Source of the DNA: Octopus vulgaris
Taxonomy: Eukaryota
Length of the DNA: 64,000 nt
NCBI GenBank assembly: GCA_951406725.2
Contig: OX597819.1
Coordinates: 85,994,001-86,058,000 of the forward strand
Direction of reading: 5' to 3'
The notes beneath the pieces are model-generated. The model saw nothing but the letters and a program-made list of their open reading frames with translations, was not told where the DNA came from and did not search any database. Positions 42,230 through 53,594 of this stretch are shown one piece after another. The number at the start of each line of letters is the position of its first letter. Position 1 is the first letter of the stretch. The translations under genes and the position numbers were made by a program.

Positions 42230-42415
42230 CATCTATTTAACTCCACTTAAACCTGGATATTTTGCTAGAAGAATCTATTCTGTGGTAGATAGCATGAGAG
42301 AAACACCGTCTTCTCTAGCGCTGAGACCACTAGAACACATGATTTCGACCTTCCTTGGTCTCGTCCATGATGGACACTCGACCTCTAGAGATAGCAGCAA
42401 TTTATCTCCTCACCA
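42230..42415. mobile_element. Deleted older copy of the HHR fold-back element
   Basis: CACTTAAAC.TGGAT.TT...TGGTAGATA.CATGA and CCTTCCTTGGTCTCGTC.ATGATGGACACTCG shared with 42467-42934. Confidence 0.75.
42327..42373 (-). ncRNA. Degenerate type-I hammerhead ribozyme motif
   Basis: Minus strand CCATCA TGGACGA GACC AAGGAA GGTC GAAA TCATGTG TTC TAGTGG: stem II and GAAA intact, CUGA box mutated. Confidence 0.55.
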
Positions 42416-42466
42416 GTCCCAGAACAGGCATTGCTGTCACAATTTGCCAGTAAGTTTATCAACAAT

Positions 42467-42934
42467 TATATATTAGCAGCAGAGGAAGTATTGTTACCGA
42501 GAGCTAATATTTATTCACACTTAAACGTGGATTTTCTTTTGGAACAAACTATACTTGGTAGATACCATGAAAAAAATTCTCATATTGGCTTTTGATGAAA
42601 ATTACACTCGTGTTTATATCGCTAGAGGGAAGATAAGTCCTCGCCATCTCCAGCACCGAGACCACCAGATCGCGTAATTTTGTCCTTCCTTGGTCTCGTC
42701 AATGATGGACACTCGGCCGCTAGAGATAGTGACAATTCATCTCCCTGCCAGCGATATATAGAAAACAGTGCCCATTAGCGAAATAAATAAGCGTGCATTT
42801 TGCACGAAAGGCCCATATGAGAATTTCTCTCATGGTATTTACCGAAGTATAGTTTGTTGTAAAAGAATATCCAAGTTTAAGTGGGGATAAATATTACCTC
42901 TCGATATTAATACTGCCTCTGTCTCTAATATATA
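42467..42934. mobile_element. Fold-back (palindromic MITE-like) element with an HHR motif at its centre
   Basis: Left and right halves are imperfect reverse complements from the TATATATTAG/CTAATATATA ends in to CCGAG/CTCGG next to the central motif. Confidence 0.85.
42662..42708 (-). ncRNA. Degenerate type-I hammerhead ribozyme motif
   Basis: Minus strand CCATCA TTGACGA GACC AAGGAA GGAC AAAA TTACGCGA TC TGGTGG: stem I and stem III base present; C3, G12 and one stem-II base substituted. Confidence 0.55.
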
Positions 42935-43136
42935 TTTTTTACAAATTTTTATATGTAAGAATTATCTTTTGCTCCCTCATGATTTCATAACAGAAAAAAA
43001 TGTCAATAGACTTATAAGAGTCACTAAGTTAATATAATCAACATTTCTACTTCATTTCAGGTATTGTGTATTTTACATTCTGAAATGGAAATTCATTTTG
43101 TATTAGACGGAAATACATGGCAAAATGAAAGAATAG

Positions 43137-43178
<42 letters not shown>

Positions 43179-43923
43179 TATTCAACGTAACGATGATATC
43201 AAAGGTGATTATACGGGTAAATGAAGTTGTGACAGAATGATGTCGCGGTTACTAAGAAATGAATGAATGAAGCTACTACTTTTATTGCAGCCACTTTATC
43301 TTTGTTTTCCAAGAATGTTCTTAAATTAATAGACACACACACACAGACATACATACACAAACACATACACAAGTAGATATAAACATTTCTCATCATATGT
43401 TCAGATACTCACATATTACGTTTCATTATACACACGCACGGCCCCCTTTATATACATACACACACAGACATATATGCATATATACATGTACGCATACATG
43501 TAAACTGTATAACTCTCGAATAAATCTCTAGGAACTAATAAATCAAGGATTTCATAGATTGGATATGTAAAGTATACATCATTTAATTTTTAAAATATGA
43601 CCTTACATGGACGTTACTATTTTAATACATGTCGTATTTCCTCTGAGATAAGCAGATATTGGAAATCATTATACGCATATAAATATAGGCCAATGTTGGC
43701 TTGTCTTAAAACTTAGTCCTAAACATGTGACTAGGTATGTTTGTGTGGTTAAGAGTAAACTTGTCTGTCATAATGATTTCCAATAAATATTCATCCCTGA
43801 CTTCAGATGACATGAAATACGGTATGTATTGTCACAGTTACGCTCTTGTAGGGTCATAATTCTAACATAAATGTATACACATATAACACACGTATACACA
43901 GCAACGCTTGCATGTAAACACAT

Positions 43924-43971
<48 letters not shown>

Positions 43972-44653
43972 GTGTACACACACAGACACATATATACATA
44001 CACATGTACACACACAGATATATATATAAATATATACGTACATACATACGTACATACACGCACATACACATCTATTAATCTGGTATTCTGTTTTTTTTGT
44101 GACTACTGGTACGTTTTGTGTTCTATGTAAAATTATATCAATAAGCAAACTTGGAAGAAAAAAAAGATTATAATCTGAAAAAATAACCAACTCGGATGTG
44201 AAAGCGAATTTCTGTAAGCAAAGCATTATATTTTTACAAAGCATATACATATCACAATAGAGTCTTATGCATGCACATACAAATTAGAAAAGTGCATATG
44301 TAAATGCATATGTACACATACATATAAATTTTTATGTGTGAGTTTGTGTGTATGCATATAGGTTTGTGAGTGCATATATATTTACATTTATAGATCTAGG
44401 TATGTGTAAATAAATGTGTTTTTATGTATGTATGTATATATCTATCTATATCTATATCTATATCTATATCTCTCTCTCTATATATATGTACGTATACGTA
44501 TGTTTGTATATATATATATATATATGTAAATATGAATGTATTTATGTATGTGCATAACTATCTATCTATATTTATAGATACATATACATACATATATATA
44601 ATATATATATTTGTAGAGGTATCTATCTTTAAATATATATATATATATAAATC

Positions 44654-44742
<89 letters not shown>

Positions 44743-45120
44743 GTATATATTGATACATGCATAATTACATACACACAAATACACACGCACAACACATAAA
44801 CACACACTTACACATATATACATATATATATGTGCTGTGTGTGTGTGGTTTCCGTTTTTGTTTTGAGAAAATGCACGAAACATTGCAAATTTGAAATTAC
44901 AACAAAAGCCTGAAGAAGGCAAAAAAAACCTCTAGTTTTTAATACAACAAAGGAGATGTATCTTCTCTAATGATATATAAAGCTTAGAGGCTCTTTTTCA
45001 TGATAGAATGGGAAATAGTGATTAAAAAGGTAATATTTCTCGAACTCACGTCCATTTCAGCATCTCTTCATGTCAAACATTTCGGTGTAACATTTTCATT
45101 ATGCTGTAGATATTATATTA

Positions 45121-45336
45121 TTCTTTTGCTCCTTTATTTGTGTCAGTCATTAAACTGCGGTCATGTTGGGGCACCGCTTTGACGAATTTTTGGCGAAGTA
45201 AACGACTTATTTTTAATTGCTAAGCCTTGTACTTATTCTATCGGTATCTTTTGCTGTACAGCTAAGTTATTTGCAGGTAGAAGCACGAACACCGGTTGTT
45301 AAGCGCTGGGGGTATGTACAAAAACAGACACAAACA

Positions 45337-45376
<40 letters not shown>

Positions 45377-45590
45377 CATGCACACACACACAACACACAC
45401 ACACACTCACACACATATATATATATACGAAGGACTCCGTTCAGTTTCCGTCTAGGAAATCCGCTCACATTTCTTTGGTCAGCCCAAAACTATAATAGAA
45501 GGCGCTTGCCTAAGGTATCACGCAGTGGGACTGAACCCGGAACCATGTAGTCGAGAAGCAAGCTTCTTATCACATAGCCACGCTTAGGCC
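45121..45590 (-). mobile_element. Degenerate SINE family B
   Basis: CACGCAGTGGGACTGAACCCGGAACCATGT, CAGTTTCCGTCTA, internal (CA)n. Confidence 0.75.
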
Positions 45591-47384
45591 TATATTTCTA
45601 ATTTGTTTTGTATTGCCAGAATAAATGAAATATGAGATAGAAATTTGAATAAAAGAAACAGTTGAGTTGTCACAGTAACTTTTTGTTTTATTTTTGTCTT
45701 AAAATATTTGAATGTCAAAAGATCGCTTAACTTTCGATCTAATAATAATGAATTCAAACCATTTTAACGCCAACCTAATTCCCCTTTTCATCAGAAATAT
45801 GAGTTTTAGAAGCTCGAAATGTAATAAAATAAAATAAATGTTATTTTTTTGAGTAAAAAACATATTACATTGCTATAAGTTCTTTTTAATCCATTTTCAA
45901 ATTCCTGCTTATTAACTCTCGTCAAACAACAGAATTGAATCACCACGCATTTTCCAGGGAGGCTGAGAAAATACTTCAAATTAACAGGTTGCCACAAACT
46001 CCAAGGTGGTTGAGAAATGAAAATAAAATTACAGATAGTAATAATCGACCACTTCCGATTCTCATCAACCACTTGTGATGATGATGGTAAAACACATAGA
46101 TATACAGCTTGTTTGGGAAAAGTTCTTATAGAAACATTTTTACTCTGGGGAAATGTTAACACAGGCCATCGATTGAAGAGTAAAAGTTCTGAATACTGCT
46201 GTATTGATGTTGCACAAGCAATTAGGAATCACCTGCTCTAGATAACAGAAATTCGGAGCCATTGAAACAGGGAGAGGAAAATGTCACCGATGTTCTTTGT
46301 AAAACTTTTAATAGAGTTTTATATATTGGAGTTGGTGTAGATCGATTACTATGTCTGGCAAGAAGAGAAAAACACCCTAAAGCGAGTAAATAACGGTAGA
46401 ATTTGTTCAATTAACCAGTCGAGCAAAGATTTTCTTTTTCTGCATGTTTTAGTTACCAGTAACACGGTTAGGCAGATATATAACGCTAGCATTTTGCAGG
46501 AAAATACTTGCAACATCATTTTACATTTTCATATACAATTTTATTAAGTTTAAAATAGTTTGGGTCCTATGTGACGCAAAACTGCAAAATCTTGCTTTTG
46601 AGTGACAAATCACCAATATAACTAGTATATATAAAAAAATACACGATATCAGAAAGGGTGATTTCTTTTCCTATGCTTTCGGTGTGTTTTTAGAATACAT
46701 AATGGCAGAAAAATTCGGTCTTTTCAAGGAATTGTTGAAGTCTGAAGTAGTGAAACAATGATCCCCGTTTCACTGATAATATTCATTTAGGAGTACTTAC
46801 AAATATAACAAAATGTTTCGAGAGAATTGCATGAAGATATGGAATGGAAATAATTGCCGAAAAAGAAACAAAACAGTAAAAATAACTCTTAGAAAAGGAA
46901 GAATGTTTGCTTCGGCTACATTAGCTTCAGGAAATTTAGCAGCTGTTTGGATGAATACAAAGATTACAGTGACAGCAAAAATCATTGCATAATTACAGTA
47001 TTAATTTCAACTGTGTTGTATGAATTCGAATTATTGAAATTGACTAGTAAGAGTGACAAAAACATAATATTCCTTAGAATTAAATGTTATGCAAATTTGT
47101 TTTAACATTCTATTTACAAAATATTGTGATGGCCATTGTACATGGAGGATAATGCAAGCGCATTTACAACAAAGTATTTTCTGATGATGTTATACTCACT
47201 TAACTGAGACACTAAACGCATTGTTTTTATGAACACAGAGAGCATCCTTTCAGTGGGTTTGTATCAAATTGTCTTTTTTAAGAGCACAAACATTACGAAT
47301 ACTACTCATATCAAGAAAACCTCATTGCACCGCAAATCCTCTTAACATGAATGACAATTAGCTAGAGCCCTCTCAGTCGCTCCA

Positions 47385-47855
47385 AATTATTATTGAGTGA
47401 CAGAGAAGTGCGTGCCATCAAAGTGACACTGGGGTACAAATAAACGAAGCCAAATACACCTATCATAACTGCCCGTCTGATAAGAGTACACCAGGCACAA
47501 GCAACACAACCATATGTGCGCGACATGGTGATCTTATATCAAGATAATCAGTGCGTGACCTTGCAGATCGGGGCCCAGTTAGAATTTTCTTCAGAGTGAG
47601 TAGCCCATCCTACTGAAAAGGTTCTTGAATAAGGTTAGTTTAAGGATGATGAACAAAACACCTGTTTTAACAGAAGTGAATTATTCAAACCCCCAGAGTA
47701 TTCCTTTCAACACATGGCTATGATGCTCCCCAAATACTTCTGCTCATGATCAGAGATGCACATACCGTGAGCCACGAAAATACATGCTCGACTGGTTGAG
47801 GTAAAAGAAATAACGATCAAATCTGTGATATCGAGCAGAATATTTGCTGTAGCCC
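47385..47855. repeat. Interspersed repeat (probable SINE-like family D)
   Basis: GC-richer non-coding block (GCGTGCCATCAAAGTGACACTGGGG...ATATTTGCTGTAGCCCAT) resembling a common octopus repeat; single copy here. Confidence 0.45.
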
Positions 47856-47857
47856 AT

Positions 47858-48319
47858 ATTTTTTCTTCACGATCTCTGACAACTATAGAGAAATTAAGGC
47901 CAACAGACCAGATATAGTTGTCAGAGATCATGAAGTAAAAAAATACTTTCTAATTGATGTATCAATACCGGCAGATGACAACGTGTCTCTAAAAGAAATG
48001 GAGAAACTCTCAAAATACAAAGACCTGGAAATAGAGGTAACCAGAGTGTGGAATCTAAAAACAGAAACAATTCCTATCATAGTAGATGCATTAGGCATGA
48101 TAAAAACATATTCAGACAAATACATAACAAAAACACCAGGACTTACAAACACATATAGCATACAGAAAATTGCACTACTAGGCACTGCACACATCCTACG
48201 CAGAGCACTTTCCATACAACAACCATCAGAGCATCACAACAAATCACAGCACATACCCAAGGCACGCAGAGCTGCGCTCGGTAGTGAAGTGAAAGCACGC
48301 TATAAAAATAAAACTACTG
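47858..48319 (+). mobile_element. 5'-truncated copy of the Dong/R4-like element with (AAT)n tail
   Basis: Near-identical to 37120-37551 (IKANRPDIVVRDHE...SLKEMEKLSKYKDL...); tail 48320-48395. Confidence 0.92.
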
Positions 48320-48331
48320 AATAATAATAAT

Positions 48332-48396
<65 letters not shown>

Positions 48397-48419
48397 CTCA
48401 TGGTGCTGCACAGTGCACA

Positions 48420-50100
48420 CATGTACATAAATACATAGATACGTAATCCGTTCACATGTTCAGTTCTCTGCTGGACGAAGGAGTCAACATATTTTCTCCA
48501 GCAACAACATTCTGATATTTTCCTCAACCATATTCTAGCTTCTTCATGTTCCTCCTCTCCTTCTTCTTTTTGGACGTAGTGTCCATTCTGTCAGTTTGAT
48601 ATTGCATCTATTGTCCTTTTATCTTAACACTTGCCCCGCGAAATACCACTCCGGGATGTTTATTTTCCAGATAACGTCCGTTAAACCTGTTGTCACTCTT
48701 ATCATGTTGTGTGTCCACTTATCCATTTTGTTAATTTTCCACCATCTCCTTTTCATGACCATAATTGATCTTAATTTATTTTCAATGATCTTGTAGGTAG
48801 TCCATGTTTGCGATGCATATGTAATAGTAGGCAGTTCACACTGGCCGAAGACCTTTCTTTTTAGACACATACACAAGTTACTGTTCATGATGTGATTCAA
48901 TTTACCAGAGGATGCCCATCCTAATTGTATTCGCCATTCAATTTCATTATGTGTACTGGTTCACATGTTAAACTATTTCATCAAGCTGTTATTAGATGTT
49001 TGGAGATAATCTTCGTTTTACTAATATTAATCCTGGGTCTCCATATTTTGCTTTCTTCTTTTAGTTATCGGAGCATTTCAGTTGATTCTGTTGATTCTTT
49101 AATATCATCAGTAAGTCCGACTTGATTTAGAATGAATGCATCTGTTTGTCTTTACGTGAACAATATAATCTTTTAAAAACTTTTTCTAATACAGATTTGA
49201 ATAATTTGGGTGATATGGTATCTCCTTGTCTCACTCCTTTACCAACTTTTACATCAATCGTTTTTTGTGTATAGTTTCTGTTGTCCTGCAACTGGTGTAC
49301 ACATTCTTTAATGATTTCACGTAGTCACTTTCGATTTTCCCTTTCTCTAGCGCTCTTTGTACACCATCAATTTCCACAGAAACAAAAGCTTTCACAAAAT
49401 CAACAAATGGTAAGTATAATGGTATGTTGTAAGTTTGGTATTTTCCCTCAGCTGGTTTCTAGCATGTATGTGATCTATTATGCAATAGTTTTTTCTTGAA
49501 ATTTGCCTTTTCTGCTGTCATGTTCCCATTGAGCTGTTTCGTAATTCTTTTTGATAAGATTTTTGAGATCTTGTAGATGTGCGATAGTCAACTTAATAGT
49601 TTATCGCACTTTAATTTCTTGGCATTACTTTTTTTTATTAAAGGAGGATCTGTTTGGAATTTTCCCACATATCCAGTGTCTTATGTTCATGTAGGCATTT
49701 TTGTATATAGTTTAGCTAGTTCTTTCCTTGTGCTTGCTCCAACCACTTTTATCGTATATACTTCAGTTCCTCCTCGGCTCGCAGTTTTATTATTTATAAT
49801 TTCCTTTATCACATTTCTAACTTCGATTATTTATAATTTCCTTGATCACATTTCTGACTTCGGCTTCCAAAATGTCTGCGGCTCGTACCTTTGAATTTAC
49901 TGTTCAAGCAACTTCGTTTGATTAATATATGTCTCCATAAAATTCTTTTATTTTTTCAGATATTTGAACATCTCCTGTAAGTTGTTTTCTGTCTTTGTAA
50001 TTTAAACTAATGATTGAGTTACATCCCATAATCACCTTTTCCTTAGTGTTTTTAAAGATTCTTCTTGTTTCAATTGCTTCCTTGATCATCTCCATATTTG
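48420..50100 (-). mobile_element. Decayed RTE-like LINE RT region
   Basis: VKVGKGVRQGDTISPK, DFVKAF, LKRKVFGQCELPTITYASQTWT, WYFAGQVLR. Confidence 0.7.
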
Positions 50101-50990
50101 TACCTACGACAATGGGTACAAATGAGAATTTATTGCCTGGATATCAGAGCTGTCGATTTCTTATCAGTTCTCCATAGAGGTTCTCTTTTTCTTCATTTTT
50201 TTTTACGAGATATTCACATTCATCGGGCAGCTGATCTCTACAACAGTGCATAAGATTTATTTCCCTTCTCATGCAACAATATCCCAGTTATTGCGGTAAA
50301 ACCTGGTTGTTTTTAAAGAAGTGGATAATTTTTTCTTCTGGAGTGCTTTTAGTATTGGTATCTGTACAATCCTTGCTGTGCATAACATTGCAGCCTGTTT
50401 TGGTAAAATGACATATTTGAAGGGAAGGCAATATGTAACGGACATTTTTGGACAGCTACTGATGATACAGGTGATATCTTCCACACCGCAGTAAGACACA
50501 ATTGGTATTTTCTGTCACAAGAAGGAATTATAGACGCAACCATATCTCTCTAGATAACGACATAATTAATAACTGTTTACTTTACTTGGATACCAATGGT
50601 ATAACCTTCTAGGTCAGATGTAATACATTTATCACAAGTTAAGAAGAATTTTCTATTGCTGCTAATATTGTAGGTATTTTCTATTAATTTCTGCTAATAT
50701 CTCCTTCAAGTCTCTATTTAGCTAAGTCAGTCCAGCCACTCTTGGTTATCTTGGAAGTAGTGTATGCTCATATTTCTTATTCAGTTTTCGCCTAATCTTC
50801 TGAAGCTATTTCTTTCACTGTCAAGTATAAACATGATTCACTCAATACCATCTGGATTAATCTTATGCCTCTGCTGCTAACCCTTCATTTAACATATATC
50901 CTCTGCCAGTGTCACTGTTCATGTGAGATTTATCATTCGTTGTAACTGTATTCTTAGTCCTCTGGTAGACATTGCGTTTTTTTTTCAGTC
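50100..50990 (-). mobile_element. Decayed RLE-type LINE fragment
   Basis: VEDITCIISSCPKMS (zinc-finger region), VVEISCP, YGELIRN.QL.YP motifs. Confidence 0.55.
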
Positions 50991-51109
50991 TAGAACCCAA
51001 ATGTTGGAACTAGCAGTGCCACCGCGAAGTATAGAGGAATAAAGATTTTATTGAATGCAGACGGTACTGAATTCCATTATTTCCGAAGTTTGCTGAATCA
51101 TGCCTCTTT

Positions 51110-51515
51110 AACTCTTTACTCTTTTACTCTCTTTTACTTGTTTCAGCCATTTGACTGCGGCCATGCTGGAGCACCGCCTTTAGTCGAGCAAATCGACCCC
51201 GGGACTTATTCTTTGTAAGCCCAGTACTTATTCATCGGTCTCTTTGCCGAACCGCTAAGTGACGAGGACGTAAACACACCAGCATCGGTTGTCAAGCAAT
51301 GGTAGGGGACAAACACAGACACACAAACACACGCATATATATATATATATATACGACAGGCTTCTTTCAGTTTCCGTCTACCAAATCCACTCACAAGGCA
51401 TTGTCGGCCCGGGGCTATAGCAGAAGACACTTGCCCAAGATGCCACGCAGTGGGAGTGAACCCGGAACCATGTTGTTGGTTAGCAAGCTACTTACCACAC
51501 AGCCACTCCTGCGCC
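51110..51515 (-). mobile_element. SINE family B, near full length
   Basis: Reverse complement of 11447-11866. Confidence 0.9.
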
Positions 51516-51677
51516 TATATAACCCTAACTTTCTTACCAACACCAGCATATGCAATATTTTCGTCGATTCTGAAATATTTATATTGCAATCATCGTTGTT
51601 ACACACGCAGGGAAACACTCAGCAACACGTGTTCGTATATGCGGGAAAGAGAGGAAGAGAGAGAGAAAGATAGGGAG

Positions 51678-51741
<64 letters not shown>

Positions 51742-52158
51742 TGTATGTGTGTGTATACGTATCTCTGTATCTTTGTGTGCATAGATTATGTTGTTGAAGA
51801 TAAGCTTAAATTCACTACTGTCCTAGGAGCAATTATCAGTTATATCAATAATATATATTTTAAACGAATTTAAGCATACATTATTTTCTTACAGTAACTT
51901 GAAATATTCACACTCAACTGCCAGTAACAAAAGCAAAATTAATCTAAAATACATAAACAGTGTTTTATATATGTTATCGCAAATTATTTTATTTCTAAGA
52001 CAACTTTTAGTGGGTTTTTTTTCAGCTTTGAAAATGTATTCTGCAAGAATTGTAGGAGATATTCTGAAGAGACTTAAATCTGTTCTAACAACATTATCAC
52101 GCAGAAGCTTTTGATGTTGATCATGATGATGATAATAATAATAATAATAATAATAACG

Positions 52159-52247
<89 letters not shown>

Positions 52248-52248
<1 letters not shown>

Positions 52249-52404
52249 TGCTGCTCATGTATTTTAATTTAACTTAAAAAAAAAATGAACGAACTATTGA
52301 GTTTGGTTTAATGGCCTACCAATGTATACTATGAGTTTCTTTACTCTAGGAGTCGGGAAGACACTCGGCAAGAAATGGAAGCAAATTTGAAAGAAGAAAA
52401 AAAT
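52248..52404 (+). mobile_element. 3'-UTR fragment of a Dong/R4-like family between two (AAT)n arrays
   Basis: Reverse-complement match to 60020-60175. Confidence 0.75.
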
Positions 52405-52442
<38 letters not shown>

Positions 52443-53029
52443 TAGTCGCTGAATAACAACATGGATGTGCTACACCGGGATCCCCATTCAAAAACAAGTC
52501 CAATCTAATAACATCGGTGAAATGGCATAAAGGAACCTGTAGAAGACTTGAAAGGATCGGTCTTTTAAACGAAAATAAACACAAAAGCGAAATTTTACTG
52601 TCATACAAAGCACAGTTTCTCCTATGCAAGATGTCTCAGTGAAACATGTGCGAAACACACGCGAAAGCAACAGCGGAAAGATTACAAATTATAAAATATA
52701 AATGGAACAAAACAGTAAATACATAAATTGAGTAATTACGCATACACTCCAATGTCTACTCAATCATATATGCATTTTGATACCCATAGGACTACACATA
52801 CATCCCAGTGTTTACAAAACTACGTGAAATTTACAGGACACTATCACGTATATGAAAACATGTCACAAATGAATCAAAAACAAAAACAACAAAAAAAATC
52901 TCTTTTTTTATTTTTCGAACTAACACAGACAGAGTGAACTATTCATCAGCTACTGGTTCAAATCTTCCCGAAACACAAAAGCTGGAAGTACTCCACAACC
53001 GGAATATTCCGACAGATTGCCATCCATGC

Positions 53030-53594
53030 TCGTCATCAAATAAGCAAAAGAAAAAGAATGAAAAATGGTCTAGGGGGAGATAATAAAGTTCTTAAGGCCT
53101 TCTACCATGTCATATATTTCCCAACATATAAATCTAATACTGTACAAACCTACTTCAACTGGAGACAGGAACACCTTGAAGTAAGACTCTACATAGACAG
53201 CAACAAACTCGCCAACATCAGAAGAAACATTATGGAAAAGAAATTACGAACTGAATTAGAGATTGACCAAATTATACAATCAGTAAGGGATAAAAGAAAC
53301 GAAACTGCAGCTAAAGAAGATACTACAGAGGAAATAATTATAGACCAGCCCAGGGTTGATGAAAGTACAATAAGGATTCAAAAAATTAATGTAACTGATA
53401 AGCAAAGTGAAATACTCTCTGAGCCAACCATAAACACTAAGGCAGATAAAAATCAAACAGATGAAGAAAGTCATACAGAAATTGACCCAACAGAACTACA
53501 TGTTCTAAAAGTTCAAATCATGATTGAATGGCTGAAAATTGAAGAAACCAGTACGAATGAACTATACTTATCAAAAGTTCTAACCAAAACCTGA
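53030..53594 (+). mobile_element. N-terminal part of a Dong/R4-like ORF
   Basis: KVLKAFYH...YFNWRQEH...IDSNKLANIRRNIMEKKLRTELEIDQI resembles R4-clade N-termini; no RT follows. Confidence 0.55.

Noticed and set aside
47181-47225. CTGATGA...GAGAC possible hammerhead
   Set aside because: GAAA box absent and no convincing stems I/III
52905-52955. Minus-strand CTGATGA...GAAA possible hammerhead
   Set aside because: No pairing for stem II or stem I
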